From: Emiliania huxleyi CCMP1516
Lineage: Eukaryota
Length of the DNA stretch: 64,000 bases
NCBI RefSeq assembly: GCF_000372725.1
Contig: NW_005202113.1
Span: 186,001-250,000 of the forward strand
Direction of reading: 5' to 3'
The position numbers were made by a program, and so were the translations under genes. The notes under the pieces are model-generated. The model worked only from the letters and a program-made list of their open reading frames with translations, was not told the DNA's origin and made no database searches. Shown here in pieces: positions 11,823-21,827 of this stretch (position 1 is the first letter of the stretch; each line of letters starts with the position of its first letter).

Positions 11823-11917
11823 GCCCCCCCGCACGCTCTGGGGACTTAGACGAATCGAGCTACGCAAATCGCGACGATTTTGCTAGGGCACCGTCACAAG
11901 GTGTACTCGAATTTGCC

Positions 11918-11991
11918 ATGTGCATGCACATGCACATGTGCATGCGCGTTTGTGCATGTCACATGCACATGCACATGTGCATGTGCATGTG
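11918..11991. repeat. (ATGCAC/ATGTGC)n alternating purine-pyrimidine microsatellite
   Basis: Direct reading, just outside the right TIR. Confidence 0.85.
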
Positions 11992-12736
11992 CTCTGGATC
12001 CTCTGTGAACAGAGTACAGACATTCCGAACACTCTCTCGGCTGTCGGCTCTCAAGACTCAACAAACAACAATGTGTGAGTGTTGTTTATTATTGCTCTCT
12101 GTGCTTGTGCGCACTTCATCCTTCATGCGAACGGGTGGTGGTGGTGGTTGGGGGGGTGGGGTTATCCCAGCCGCCCGCCGAGCCAAGAATTTACTAAACG
12201 AGGGAGAATTCGTGCTTTGTGGTGACGACCACGAGTGGCCTGCCCAGCTTTGGACGCCTGGTTTCATGATGGCGGAGATGAGGCCGCCCAGGCGCAAGGC
12301 CGCGGGCAACGCAAGTCCCACTAGCAAGGCCGCGGGCGACGCAAGTCCCACTAGCGTGCTCTCCTACCGGCTGGCGCCGGACGTCTCAACAGCGCCGGAC
12401 AACGCAGGCACCGCTGACGACAACGAGAGCGGTGGTTCACCCTCGGTTCACATGCCGTCAGAGATGATGCACGGGGTGGTGCTCGCAACCCTGATGGTGG
12501 TAGGCGTGTACTGCTGGCCGTCTTGACACTGTAAGCCCTACCCCTCCTGTTGGATGCTCGGATGCTCACCGCGTTGCGAGTTTTGTGCGCGTGATATGTG
12601 CAGAGTGTTTTCCCCTGTGCGGGTGTCCCGTGTTCAGTGCGTTGAAGCCAAACCTGTGTGCATAGCTCTCTGCATACCCACTCTTCAAAACGAGCAAACA
12701 TCGACACCGCTGTGCGACTCGTCATATCGCGCCGTC

Positions 12737-13702
12737 CTATCCCTGGCAGAGGCACTGCTGGTGAAAGCTCACCGCCCGCCCCCTCCAGCAGCCGAGGTAG
12801 CACTCCCTCTGCCAGCGGAGGCAGGCCTGTGAGTGTTCGGCGACCTCCACCTCGGAGACGGCGTCGCTGCCGTCCGCCTGCGGCAGCACACGCCTCGAGC
12901 CGCCGCGCTCCTCCCCGCTGCTCCCCATACAGCGGTGGTTGCCGACGCAGGTGGGCCCGTCCCAGAGCTCCACCACCAGTGTGCGCCGCGTACCGCCCCG
13001 CCAGGCGCCCACCGCGTGCGGCTTATGCGAGAGGAAGACCAGCGCGTCGCCGCGCTCGAACGGCTGCTCGTCCTCGAAGCAGGTGTGCGGCGGGCTTCCC
13101 GCAAAGGTGGGCGCGAGCATCCGGCCGCCCTCAAAGTCGGAGGTGTCGCTGAGCAGGATGTCGCACGTGAAGAGCGACCCGAAGTCTGTGTGCGTCGCGC
13201 ACTCCTTTCTTCCCCGCTCAGAGTACTCGTGGAGCTCGACAGACCGCACCTGCCGCACGCGTGGGGCGGAGAGTGAGCTGCGGCGGCGGCGCAGCTTGCG
13301 GCGTGGGAAGGGAGCGACTCGCACGTTGACGCCGTGCACGCCGTCGCCGGGCAGCGGCAGCTGCAGCGCCGCGAGCACGCCCCAGTTGTCTGCGTCAACC
13401 CTTGCCACGTGGGCGCAGATCCGCTCGACTAGAGGCTTCAGCGCCACAGGCAAACTGCCGCGCTGCAGGTACATGGTCGACTCCGAGTCGGGCTCCTTGC
13501 CGCCGGCGTTCGCGGCCCGAAGCTCCTCGGCCGTCGAGAGGAGGAGGCCGATCTCGGCCGCGCTCGCAAAGCCCTCGGTCCGAATCATCGCCGTGCGCTG
13601 CGCCGCGGCGGGCTCGAGGAGCGCGGCGCCTAACAGCGGCTGCCGCGCGCCCGCCGCCACGCGGTCGCGCTTGCCGAGGATGCTGTCGTCGGAGCGGCAC
13701 AT
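12737..13702 (-). CDS. 2OG-Fe(II) oxygenase (prolyl-4-hydroxylase-like)
   Basis: HTD...CDILLSDTSDFEGG...GDALVFLSHKPHAV....GTRRTLVVELW (HxD...H...R); probable in-frame intron ~13251-13322; both ends uncertain. Confidence 0.8.
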   Translation of the reverse strand: MCRSDDSILGKRDRVAAGARQPLLGAALLEPAAAQRTAMIRTEGFASAAEIGLLLSTAEELRAANAGGKEPDSESTMYLQRGSLPVALKPLVERICAHVARVDADNWGVLAALQLPLPGDGVHGVNVRVAPFPRRKLRRRRSSLSAPRVRQVRSVELHEYSERGRKECATHTDFGSLFTCDILLSDTSDFEGGRMLAPTFAGSPPHTCFEDEQPFERGDALVFLSHKPHAVGAWRGGTRRTLVVELWDGPTCVGNHRCMGSSGEERGGSRRVLPQADGSDAVSEVEVAEHSQACLRWQRECYLGCWRGRAVSFHQQCLCQG

Positions 13703-13915
13703 ACACAACACAGTGCGGCGAGAGACAGTGATTCTGTCGATAATAAGCGCGGTTCGCGCGCGTTCGTGCTCACTCTGACCCTTCGCCAACTAAAAAACAC
13801 CGCACCGCTGCCGACTTAGTGTGGGGAGGGTCGGCGAGCACTCACTCACTAGGCGGCGCCGCAGGGCCGGGGCACTGGCCACGGCCTCGCCGACCACTAG
13901 AAAAGGCGGCCCACC

Positions 13916-14301
13916 CACTACGCGCACTATCTTAGTGCGCGGGGTGGCGGGAGGCACTCACCCCTACTGTCTGAATACGTTTTCCACGTATTCCAAATGA
14001 CCTCCCAGAGGCCTGTATTCCACCCGTATTCCACCCGTATTCCACGTATTCCATGGAATACGCCGTATTCCAAGCTCCAAAAATGGACGTATTCCGTATA
14101 AAATTTTCTTCGCTCCGCGAATTCAGACAGTAGGCACTCACCCACTAGCCTGCTCGCCCGCGGCCCACTCACTACGCGCACCAACTTAGTGCGCGGGGTA
14201 TGGCGGGAGGCACTCACCCACTGTCCGGACACCGCCGGACCACTCCCCTCGCGGCCGGCCGGAGGCACTCACTTCCGCGCACTAAGTTAGTGCGCATAGT
14301 G
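13916..14301. repeat. Composite repeat: three GCGCACYAW(N)TTAGTGCGC palindromes, GGCACTCAC motifs and a central CGTATTCCA array
   Basis: Palindromes near 13921, 14175 and 14277; ~8 degenerate CGTATTCC units at 13975-14100. Confidence 0.7.
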
Positions 14302-14712
14302 TCCCGGCCTCCGACCACGACTCCCGGGAGCACTTCACCACTTGACCCGCCTCGGCGCACCACTAGCCCTCGTCAAGCTCACAGACTAACTTGCGTCGAC
14401 TTAGTTCCCGCGCGGGCCTTCTAGGCCCGCGGGTAGTCTCACCCCATCCCCAGGGCCTCCAGGGCTCGCACCTCAACCTCTCACAGACCAGTGCACAGCG
14501 CCATAGGACGTATTTTCTTCTCAATAACAAGGCTGTGAATGTGTGTGTGTGCGGTGCTGCCCTTCGAGAGAGTGAGAGAAATCAGTGGCTTTTGTTATTT
14601 TTGTTTTGTTACTCTCTCATGTGGCAAGCGCTCCAACGAAGGGCAGGATGACAACGGCCAAAGAAAGAAAGAAAATACGCGGCCGACGCACCTGGAGCAC
14701 TAGTGCCATCAA

Positions 14713-14919
14713 CCTCACATCCAGGGCCGGGGAGCTGAGGAGCGCACCCAGCGGGCCGGATGATCGGGATCGGGTTACGGGCTAGAGAGCCCTAGCCCCG
14801 GGGGTGCGCGTTCGCAGGGAAGGGGCCGTAAAGTAAACACGGGTCCCCGAGGGTTGGCTCTGCGCTCCGGGTTTCCCCTAGCAGCGGAACGCCCCCTCTA
14901 CTCGGGGCTAGTAGACACC
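14713..14919 (+). repeat. ~210-bp dispersed repeat (inverted copy at 39364-39587)
   Basis: Long shared stretches, e.g. CGGGTTACGGGCTAGAGAGCCCTAGCC and GGGTGCGCGTTCGCAGGGAAGGGGCC. Confidence 0.85.
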
Positions 14920-16798
14920 AGACACTAGCACGACAACACACACATTCCTCACTGACGTCACCACTAGGAACCCCCCGCTCCGCGCACGGTCTCCTCATCC
15001 CCACTCCGAGGGGGGCCCTCCCTCCCCTCGGTCCTCCCTCCTGTTCGCCTTCCGATGGTCATGCGACGACTGTGGGGCCCGGCCTCCCCTCCTAGCCTTC
15101 TTTGGCCGCGGTCCCGTCGCCGTTTCGTCTTCTCTGCCCGATCCCGCTGACTCCACCTCCGGCGACCCCGCTCCTCCCGACCCCCTGGGCGAGGACGGTG
15201 GCGTTGGGTCACACCCGCTTCCACCCCCGGGAGGTCGAGCCCGCTCTCCCTGGTCGACGAGTCGCGCCCGCACCCGCGGCCTCTCTATCGTCCTTGGCTC
15301 GCCCCCCCCCCTCCGCCGGCTCCTCTTCAGGCTCGGGGAGGCGTGGCCCTCCCTGTCGAAGATCGCGGTGATCCGGCTGCCACTGCGACGGGCCTTCCCC
15401 CGGTGAGCTCGTACGTCCCGACTCCACTCGCAGAGGCCGCGTCAGCTCATCTCTCGCCTCCTCCGACAGTTGACCCCAAGCCCCCCCTGGGGCCCTCCGG
15501 CCTCAGCCTTCCGGCTCGCCGGCGGGCCCGTTATCGTATTGCGGCAACTCCCCTCCCCCAGCTCCTCCTCCCGGGTACTCCAGCCTCCGGCGGGGCGGTC
15601 CTGGATCCCCTAGGTTATTCCGATCGGGTCCATACGGTGGCGGCCCCGCCGGCGGCGGGGGTGGAGGCGGTGACGGATGGGAGCTTTTTTTCTCTCCTTT
15701 TCTTCCCCGCTGCCCAGGTGTAGTTTATTTTTGCTTGGGGCGGAACTCATGCTGAAATTCTGGAAAAACCTGGCCGGCCCCTGCCCTGCCCTGCCCCTAC
15801 CTACCTACCTACCTACCTACCTACCCTACTTATGGGAAACTCAAAAAGAAATCATGGGACGACGGGTGAAGGTGGGGTACTATTAGACCTACTATACCAA
15901 CTAAGATCTAAGTGATGGTTGGTGGTACTCTCCTGCAACCACAGAGAGATTTTTGTGTGTCAACCACAGTCCTTCCTTTGACATGGCAGGCAGGCCATTC
16001 TCAAGCCCTACAAGCACCAGATCACCCATTTGGGGAGGGTTGGCATCGTGATTTGCGCGAAAATTTTCTTTTTATGCTGTGAAAATTCCAGCGTGAAGAG
16101 AGGGGGAAACCCGACGGGAGGGCGAGACCTACCCTACCTGCCCCTAAACCTAGAGGGTAGGGGTGCGGAAGACGGCGAGGAGGGGGCGGCGGCGGCGGCG
16201 GCGGAAGCGCGCGCGCGGCGCGCGCGGCGGAGGGGCGGAGCAGCGACCGCTGGCGCGGCCGCTGCTCCGTCTGTGCCAGGGACGCGCGCTCTGCGCCGCT
16301 GCAGAGCGCGCGCGTCAGGCAAGGGTGGGCAAGCGTGGCGGCGCGGGACGCGCGGCGGCGGCGGCGAGCAGCCGAGTGCTCCGTGCGCGGTGAGGCGGCC
16401 GGGCGAGGCGCGGCGGGTGCCGGGGCAAGGGAGCAGCCCACACCCGGCGTCGCTTTTTGAGCGACGCCTGCAGCACGCCTGCGCAGGGGCCGCAGGACGG
16501 TCAGTTGTGGGGCGAGGTGGTGCCGGCCGCGGGCCGGGTGCAAGGCGCCGGCCTCGGCGCCGCCTCGGCGCGCCGCACGGGCGCGGCGAGCCTCTGAGCG
16601 GGAGCCGAAGGTTAGCCGTGGTGGGAGGTGGTAGGTGGTAGGTGGGGGTGAGTTGACTTTGCCGCAGAGGCCGTCCCTAGCTGTGAACGAAGGGAGAGTA
16701 TTCTTCTAGTGATCCCTTGAGGCACAAGTCGGTCATCACGCGCGGCCTTCCGCGGCGGCCTTCCGGCTCCCGCTAGCCTGCCAGCGGCCACCCACATC

Positions 16799-19700
16799 AT
16801 GCCCTACTTCGCCACCACCGAGCTCGGCACGCTCCTGCAGGACGCGGATGGCTCGGTCGAGTACACCGTCTCTGCGGACGGCACTCTGCTCTTTGCGCTC
16901 TCCGACCTTGCGCTCGTGGCGCAGCACGACGAGCACGTGCTCCTCGCGCGTGTCGCGCGCGCCATCGACTCGCAGATCGAGAGCATGCTCGGCGACGCCG
17001 TCGTGACCGAGCCGTGGATCCGTGCCGACCGTGAGGTGTGGGAGCTGCAGCGGTGGCAGCCGTTCGTCAAGTGGGGCTCGAGCTTCCCCGGCCACCTCTA
17101 CCCGGGCGAGCGGCGGTGGGTCCGCCGCGACCGCTCCCGAAGTACGCAGAGCGGCTTCTCCACCCGCGGCTGGAGGCTCGACCCGTCGGTCGTGACGGCC
17201 GACGGCTGGGCCTACGCGCTCGTCCCGGGCCGGCTGCGGGCGCGGCAGGAGGTGCTGCGCGCGCACAAGTGGGTGCGGTGGCGGCGGTGGGTCCCCGACG
17301 CGCCCTCGACCGCGGCCCGCACCATCACCTCGCCGAGGGGCGACAAGCTCTACTGCGAGGCGCCCGCCTTCGCCGCGGCGCTGCAGCTCTGCCGGCACTG
17401 GCGCAGCGAGAGGAGCGCAGAGGCGGGCAGGCTGGCGGCCGCGCCAGCGGCGGAGAGGCTGGAAGCGCGGGCGTCCCCGGTCTTCGCCAGCGAGAGCAGC
17501 CCCGGCGTTCCGCTCCTCGCCTCGCGCTCGAGCTCGCCGCCGCCCTCCTCCTCGCTGTGGACGCCCATCTCGTCGGTGCGCCTGCTCGAGCAGGCCGAGG
17601 CGGGGGGCGGGTCGGAGGGCGCATCGCCGCCGTGCCCCTCCTCCCCGGGGAGGTGGCGGCGGCTCGGCGAGGACGGCCTGCCGGACAGCCCCGCGCTCGA
17701 CGCGGCGCTCCTCTCCGCCTGCTGGGGGAGGGGCTCCTCGTACGCAGAGTGGGCGGCCCACTTCGGCCTGCCCGAGGACCTGCCGCCCGAGCTGCAGCGC
17801 ACGGGGACGCTCCGCTTCGCCGGCGGCGGCGGCGCGCGGCGCACACCCCGCCCGCCCGGCCGCACCGCCGCCCTCGCCCGCCGGCTGCACTCCGCCGTCG
17901 GCGAGCTGCAGGCGATGGCCCAGTCGCCGCGCCGGCTGATCCCGCGCCGCGCGTACGACGCGACGGTCGCGATGGCGGCGCCTGTGCCTGCGCTGCTCGT
18001 CCGGCACCTCGCCCGCCCCGCCGCCGCTTGCGCCGCCGCCGCGGTCGCCGTCGTCCTGCTGATGGCGCTGGCGGACGCGGCGGGCGACGGCGGCGGCGGC
18101 AGGGACAGGGACAGCCTCCCTGCCGGCTGCTCGGGCCTGTCGCTGCTGGCGCAGCGGCGGCTGCTGGCGCACCACCCGACGGCGCCCGTGCTGGGCGTGG
18201 ACTGCCCGGTCGACAGGCTGGTCGGCTTCTCGTCGCCGCTCCCGTGGCGCGAGCAGGTCGTGTGGGTGCGCGTGGCGCTGCTCCAGTCGGCGGAGGAGGT
18301 CGTGTGTCTCCTCGGCTGGTGCCTCGCGCCGGCGGCGAGCTCCGCCCGCACCGTGTCCTCGTTCGTCACGCTCTCCTCCGTCGTGGCCGCCTGCGCCCTG
18401 TGCGGAGCCCTCTGGGTGTGGCTCCGCCTCCCGACGCTCCTCGGCGCGCTCTTCTCGCGCGCGGTGACGCGCTTCGGCACCAAGGGCCACCCGATCTGGC
18501 TGCGCTCGCTGCACGTGCGGCCGTCGGTGACGCGAGACCCGCCCTCCTGCGCGCGCGGCCCCTCCGGCGCGCGCGGCCCCTCCGGCGCGCGCGGCCCCTC
18601 CGGCGCGGGCCGGCGCGAGTGGCGGCTCCACCTGCACGCCCACGCCGAGGGGTTCGGCTTCGCCAACCCGCCCGGCTACCCGCACCGCGCCTTCATCGAG
18701 GCCGAGGCGTGCTCGGTGCGCGCTTCGGCGCCGCTGCGCGCGCTCTGGCGCTGCCTCGTGGACGAGAAGGTTCCGCTCCCGACGAGGAAGGACCCGGCCT
18801 ACCAGGGGTACGGCGTCTTCTCCTTCGACTCGGTCGACGTCTCCGGCCTCACCATCAACTTTGAGATGCAGGGCGGCGAGTTCAACGTCAACGGCTTCAC
18901 GCGCCTGCTCGCGACGGCCGAGGTGCGCCGCAAGCTGGGCGAGCAGGCGCCGCTGCCAAACGTGCTGAGCGTGCACGTCGGCACGGCGACCGGGCTTCGC
19001 ACCACCCGCGCCAACCTCCTCACCGGCGAAAAGTCGTGCCGGCCGCAGGTCGTGCTGCGGGTGCGGGGCACGCGGCTGCAGACCAGCCGCACGGCGCAGC
19101 GGCGAGCCTCGGGCGGAGGCAGCGGAGGCGGCGGAGGCGGCGGAGGCGGCGGAGGGGGCGGAGGGGGCGGAGGCAGCGGCGGGCTCTGGTCCGAGTACTC
19201 GTCGCCCGAGTACCACTGGGGGGAGGACCTGCAGTTGCCGCTGACCGACCCGTCCGCGGTGCTGCACGTCTGCGTGTACGACGGCGGCACCCCGCCGGCC
19301 TTGCTAGGACAGTGGATGACGACGCTCAAGTGGCTGGTGCTCGACCCGTACAACAGCGAGCACTCGAGCCTGCACGTGGGGCGCGACGGCGTCGCGTCCG
19401 GCTGGTTCGTGCTCTCGGATCAATCTTGGCGCGGCCTCGGCAAGTGCGGCGAGATCCACCTGCGCCTCGCGTGGAGGCACGCGCATGGAGCGGAGCCGCC
19501 GCCCTCGCACCGGCAGACGGCGCTCGAGCAGCTGTCGATGAACTCGACCGAGTCGGCGCTGCGGCTTGGCAACCCCGCGGGCGTGCAGGCGATGCTCTCC
19601 TCGCTGCCGTACTTGCTGCACGTGCGGCGCATCACGCTGCGCGAGGTCGAGTTCTTCGTCAAGGACCTCTTCATGGGCCACAAGGGGCAGGCCGAGGCCG

Positions 19701-20338
19701 GCAAGCAGCAGGACCGGATCAACGTCGCGCTGCTCGAGATCAACCGCAAGTTCGAGCCAAAGGACCCGGCCGACCCGGGCCTCACCATCTGGGACTTCCT
19801 CGTCCGCTTCTTCGCCAAGCAGGCCTTCCCGCAGGTGCTCGACCTCCGCCGACCCGGCCCGCTCGCCGCCTTCATGCGGCAGGCCGTCGAGGGGATCCAC
19901 TCGCACCACATGGGCTTCTGGTTCGCGGTGCACACCTCGCACATGAACTTTTGGCAGAACGTCGCCGAGCAGTTCAAAGGAGGCGGCGCGAGCCCGACCT
20001 CCACGCCCGCCCCATCCACGCCAGCCGCCCCGGCCGGCGAGGACGGCGCCGCAGCAGAGGCGCCGCCCGCCGAGACGCCGCTCCTCCCGCCGCCCCGGAG
20101 CAACCCGTTCCGCAACGCGTGGCACGCCTTCGAGACGCCGCCCCGCACGCCGCTCCGTGCGCGACCCCCCTCCCCCTTTGGAAGCCCGCGCGGCAGCCCG
20201 CGCGGGGGCGCCGCGAAGCCGCCCCGGCCGAGCCAAGCCTCGTCGTGGACCGAGGCGATCCCGCTCGACCAGCCCGAGCGGCGCGAGCGGCTGGCCAGCC
20301 CCCCAAAGGCAGCAAGCTCTCGCGCCTCGCCATGGTGA
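16799..20338 (+). CDS. Single-exon 1179-aa membrane protein with dysferlin (DysF)-like domain, TM segments and a C2 domain
   Basis: EVWELQRW..GW..D...DGWAYA..WVRWRRWV (DysF); hydrophobic segments; VLSVHVGTATGL..PQVVLRV..PEYHWGEDLQLPL..LHVCVYD..LLGQW..SGWFVL..GEIHLRLAW (C2); strong codon bias. Confidence 0.75.
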   Translation: MPYFATTELGTLLQDADGSVEYTVSADGTLLFALSDLALVAQHDEHVLLARVARAIDSQIESMLGDAVVTEPWIRADREVWELQRWQPFVKWGSSFPGHLYPGERRWVRRDRSRSTQSGFSTRGWRLDPSVVTADGWAYALVPGRLRARQEVLRAHKWVRWRRWVPDAPSTAARTITSPRGDKLYCEAPAFAAALQLCRHWRSERSAEAGRLAAAPAAERLEARASPVFASESSPGVPLLASRSSSPPPSSSLWTPISSVRLLEQAEAGGGSEGASPPCPSSPGRWRRLGEDGLPDSPALDAALLSACWGRGSSYAEWAAHFGLPEDLPPELQRTGTLRFAGGGGARRTPRPPGRTAALARRLHSAVGELQAMAQSPRRLIPRRAYDATVAMAAPVPALLVRHLARPAAACAAAAVAVVLLMALADAAGDGGGGRDRDSLPAGCSGLSLLAQRRLLAHHPTAPVLGVDCPVDRLVGFSSPLPWREQVVWVRVALLQSAEEVVCLLGWCLAPAASSARTVSSFVTLSSVVAACALCGALWVWLRLPTLLGALFSRAVTRFGTKGHPIWLRSLHVRPSVTRDPPSCARGPSGARGPSGARGPSGAGRREWRLHLHAHAEGFGFANPPGYPHRAFIEAEACSVRASAPLRALWRCLVDEKVPLPTRKDPAYQGYGVFSFDSVDVSGLTINFEMQGGEFNVNGFTRLLATAEVRRKLGEQAPLPNVLSVHVGTATGLRTTRANLLTGEKSCRPQVVLRVRGTRLQTSRTAQRRASGGGSGGGGGGGGGGGGGGGGGSGGLWSEYSSPEYHWGEDLQLPLTDPSAVLHVCVYDGGTPPALLGQWMTTLKWLVLDPYNSEHSSLHVGRDGVASGWFVLSDQSWRGLGKCGEIHLRLAWRHAHGAEPPPSHRQTALEQLSMNSTESALRLGNPAGVQAMLSSLPYLLHVRRITLREVEFFVKDLFMGHKGQAEAGKQQDRINVALLEINRKFEPKDPADPGLTIWDFLVRFFAKQAFPQVLDLRRPGPLAAFMRQAVEGIHSHHMGFWFAVHTSHMNFWQNVAEQFKGGGASPTSTPAPSTPAAPAGEDGAAAEAPPAETPLLPPPRSNPFRNAWHAFETPPRTPLRARPPSPFGSPRGSPRGGAAKPPRPSQASSWTEAIPLDQPERRERLASPPKAASSRASPW

Positions 20339-20667
20339 GACCCCGTGCCGCGCCTTCGTCCCCACTTGTCTCCGCTTGACACTGTGCATCTCCCATGCCC
20401 CTCTTGCCTCTTCCCGTTCGCCCGTGCATCTCTCTTCATGCGTGCCCCTCCGCGCTCCGGGCGCTCCGGCGAGCGCCCGTTACGCCTTGTCAACGAAACG
20501 TGTACCGCGCTACCGTGTGCGTCTGTGGTCTGTAGAGACTGTACCGTGCTCCGTGGGTAGTGTTGTCAAGACGATCTGCCGCGAAGTTACCCGGGGGGAA
20601 ACACCCCCCCCATCCTATGTTTGACATAGGTCCGGCATATCTCAGATAATTGCTTCGTAGAGTCGTC

Positions 20668-21468
20668 TCAGGCTTCCTCTCGTGGCCTCTTGCGCTCCCC
20701 GCCCTCCACTTTTACCACCACTGCTGACTCATCCGGCGGAGGTCGCGTCGGCGGTGCGGGCGGCGTGGTCGAGACCGCGGGAGCCCCGCCAGCCGTCGTC
20801 GCCACGGCAGGGGGCTCGGCGGCCGACTCCTCTCCATCCTTCCTGCGAGCCGCTGCGACCGCCTCTCGCAGTAGCCGGTTGGGTATCGTGCGGACAGATG
20901 CAGCTGCGGTATTGCACTCGGGGCAGGCGCCGCGCATGCGCAGCGCGTCCTGTAGCGCGCCCTGCGAGAAGGAGGTGCCGCAGCATGTGGTGATGACGGC
21001 GTCTTCGAAGAGTCGGCCCGTGAGCGGGCAGATCAGCTTGGAGGCGTACCGGCCGGCGGTCCGCGCCACGGCGCGCGTCTCCTCCTCGAGCGGCGGTGCG
21101 GCGGGCGCCCCGGCAAGCGAGGGCCCGCCGGCGGACCCTGGCGGCGGCGAGCCTTCGTCACGCCCGTCGCCGTCGAGCGAAAGCTCGCGCTCCATGATCT
21201 TTGACGTGATCGGAGCGCGCCGCTGGGCCGGCACGCGCCTCACGAGCACCGCGACGTTGCGTCCCACGCTCGAGTCGGGCGCGAAGACCTCCGAGGTCTG
21301 CGCGTTGGATATCTCGAGGTCTGACTTGGCCCACATATCCTTGTTAATGCCCTGCGTGCGGATGATCTCAGCCTTGAGGTCGAGGACGCGGATCGAAGGG
21401 CCGTCGAACTGCACCGTATGCACCGCCGTCTGGCTCTTGAACTTGTACTGCACCGTGCTGCGGGCCAT
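20668..21468 (-). CDS. DWNN domain + RING/U-box protein (RBBP6/Mpe1-like, short)
   Basis: STVQYKFKSQ..VQFDGPSIRVLDLKAEII..DLEISNAQT..RNVAVLVRRVP; LICPLTGRLFEDAVITTCCGTSFS..CPEC. Confidence 0.85.
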   Translation of the reverse strand: MARSTVQYKFKSQTAVHTVQFDGPSIRVLDLKAEIIRTQGINKDMWAKSDLEISNAQTSEVFAPDSSVGRNVAVLVRRVPAQRRAPITSKIMERELSLDGDGRDEGSPPPGSAGGPSLAGAPAAPPLEEETRAVARTAGRYASKLICPLTGRLFEDAVITTCCGTSFSQGALQDALRMRGACPECNTAAASVRTIPNRLLREAVAAARRKDGEESAAEPPAVATTAGGAPAVSTTPPAPPTRPPPDESAVVVKVEGGERKRPREEA

Positions 21469-21827
21469 ATCGCGGGTGTCGCTATATATGAGGCTCGCAG
21501 GATCCGCTCAGGACCTGGCGCGCGAGCGAAACCGAGATCAGCCGGCTGCGGCGCTTTGCCTTTGGCCGCACCTCAAAAAAATGCGTTGCGCATCAACGGG
21601 TGTCCCAAGTGCTCGGGTTCGCGGGAGCCTCCGTGGTCAGCGCTGGCAGACTTTTTGCTCATGTGGAGATTTATCCGCGGCCCGCGTACTCGATACACGC
21701 TTAGCTGTAAGACTTAAATCGCACACCGCCCCAGTCGAGGAACACTCGCCTGGACACAAACACCAAAGAGCGGCAAAACAACAACCCAAAGAGAACTCAG
21801 CGCGCCCATCCCCAGGACCCATGCCGA

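Larger units (their letters stand above)
5979..11903 (+). mobile_element. Two-gene RAG1/Transib-like (CMC-Transib group) DNA transposon, apparently complete
   Basis: Inverted ends 5979-6048 and 11833-11903 share three blocks (CACCTTGTGA / CAAAATCGTCGYGATTT / CTAAGTCCCCAGMGCGT); TA on both flanks; encloses the transposase and a convergent second gene. Confidence 0.88.

Noticed and set aside
12268..12526. Short ORF with a 30-bp tandem duplication and hydrophobic tail
   Set aside because: No recognisable domain or coding support
20614..20630. Hairpin CCTATGT-TTG-ACATAGG sharing 10 bp with the hAT-like TIR
   Set aside because: Too short, no partner end or TSD
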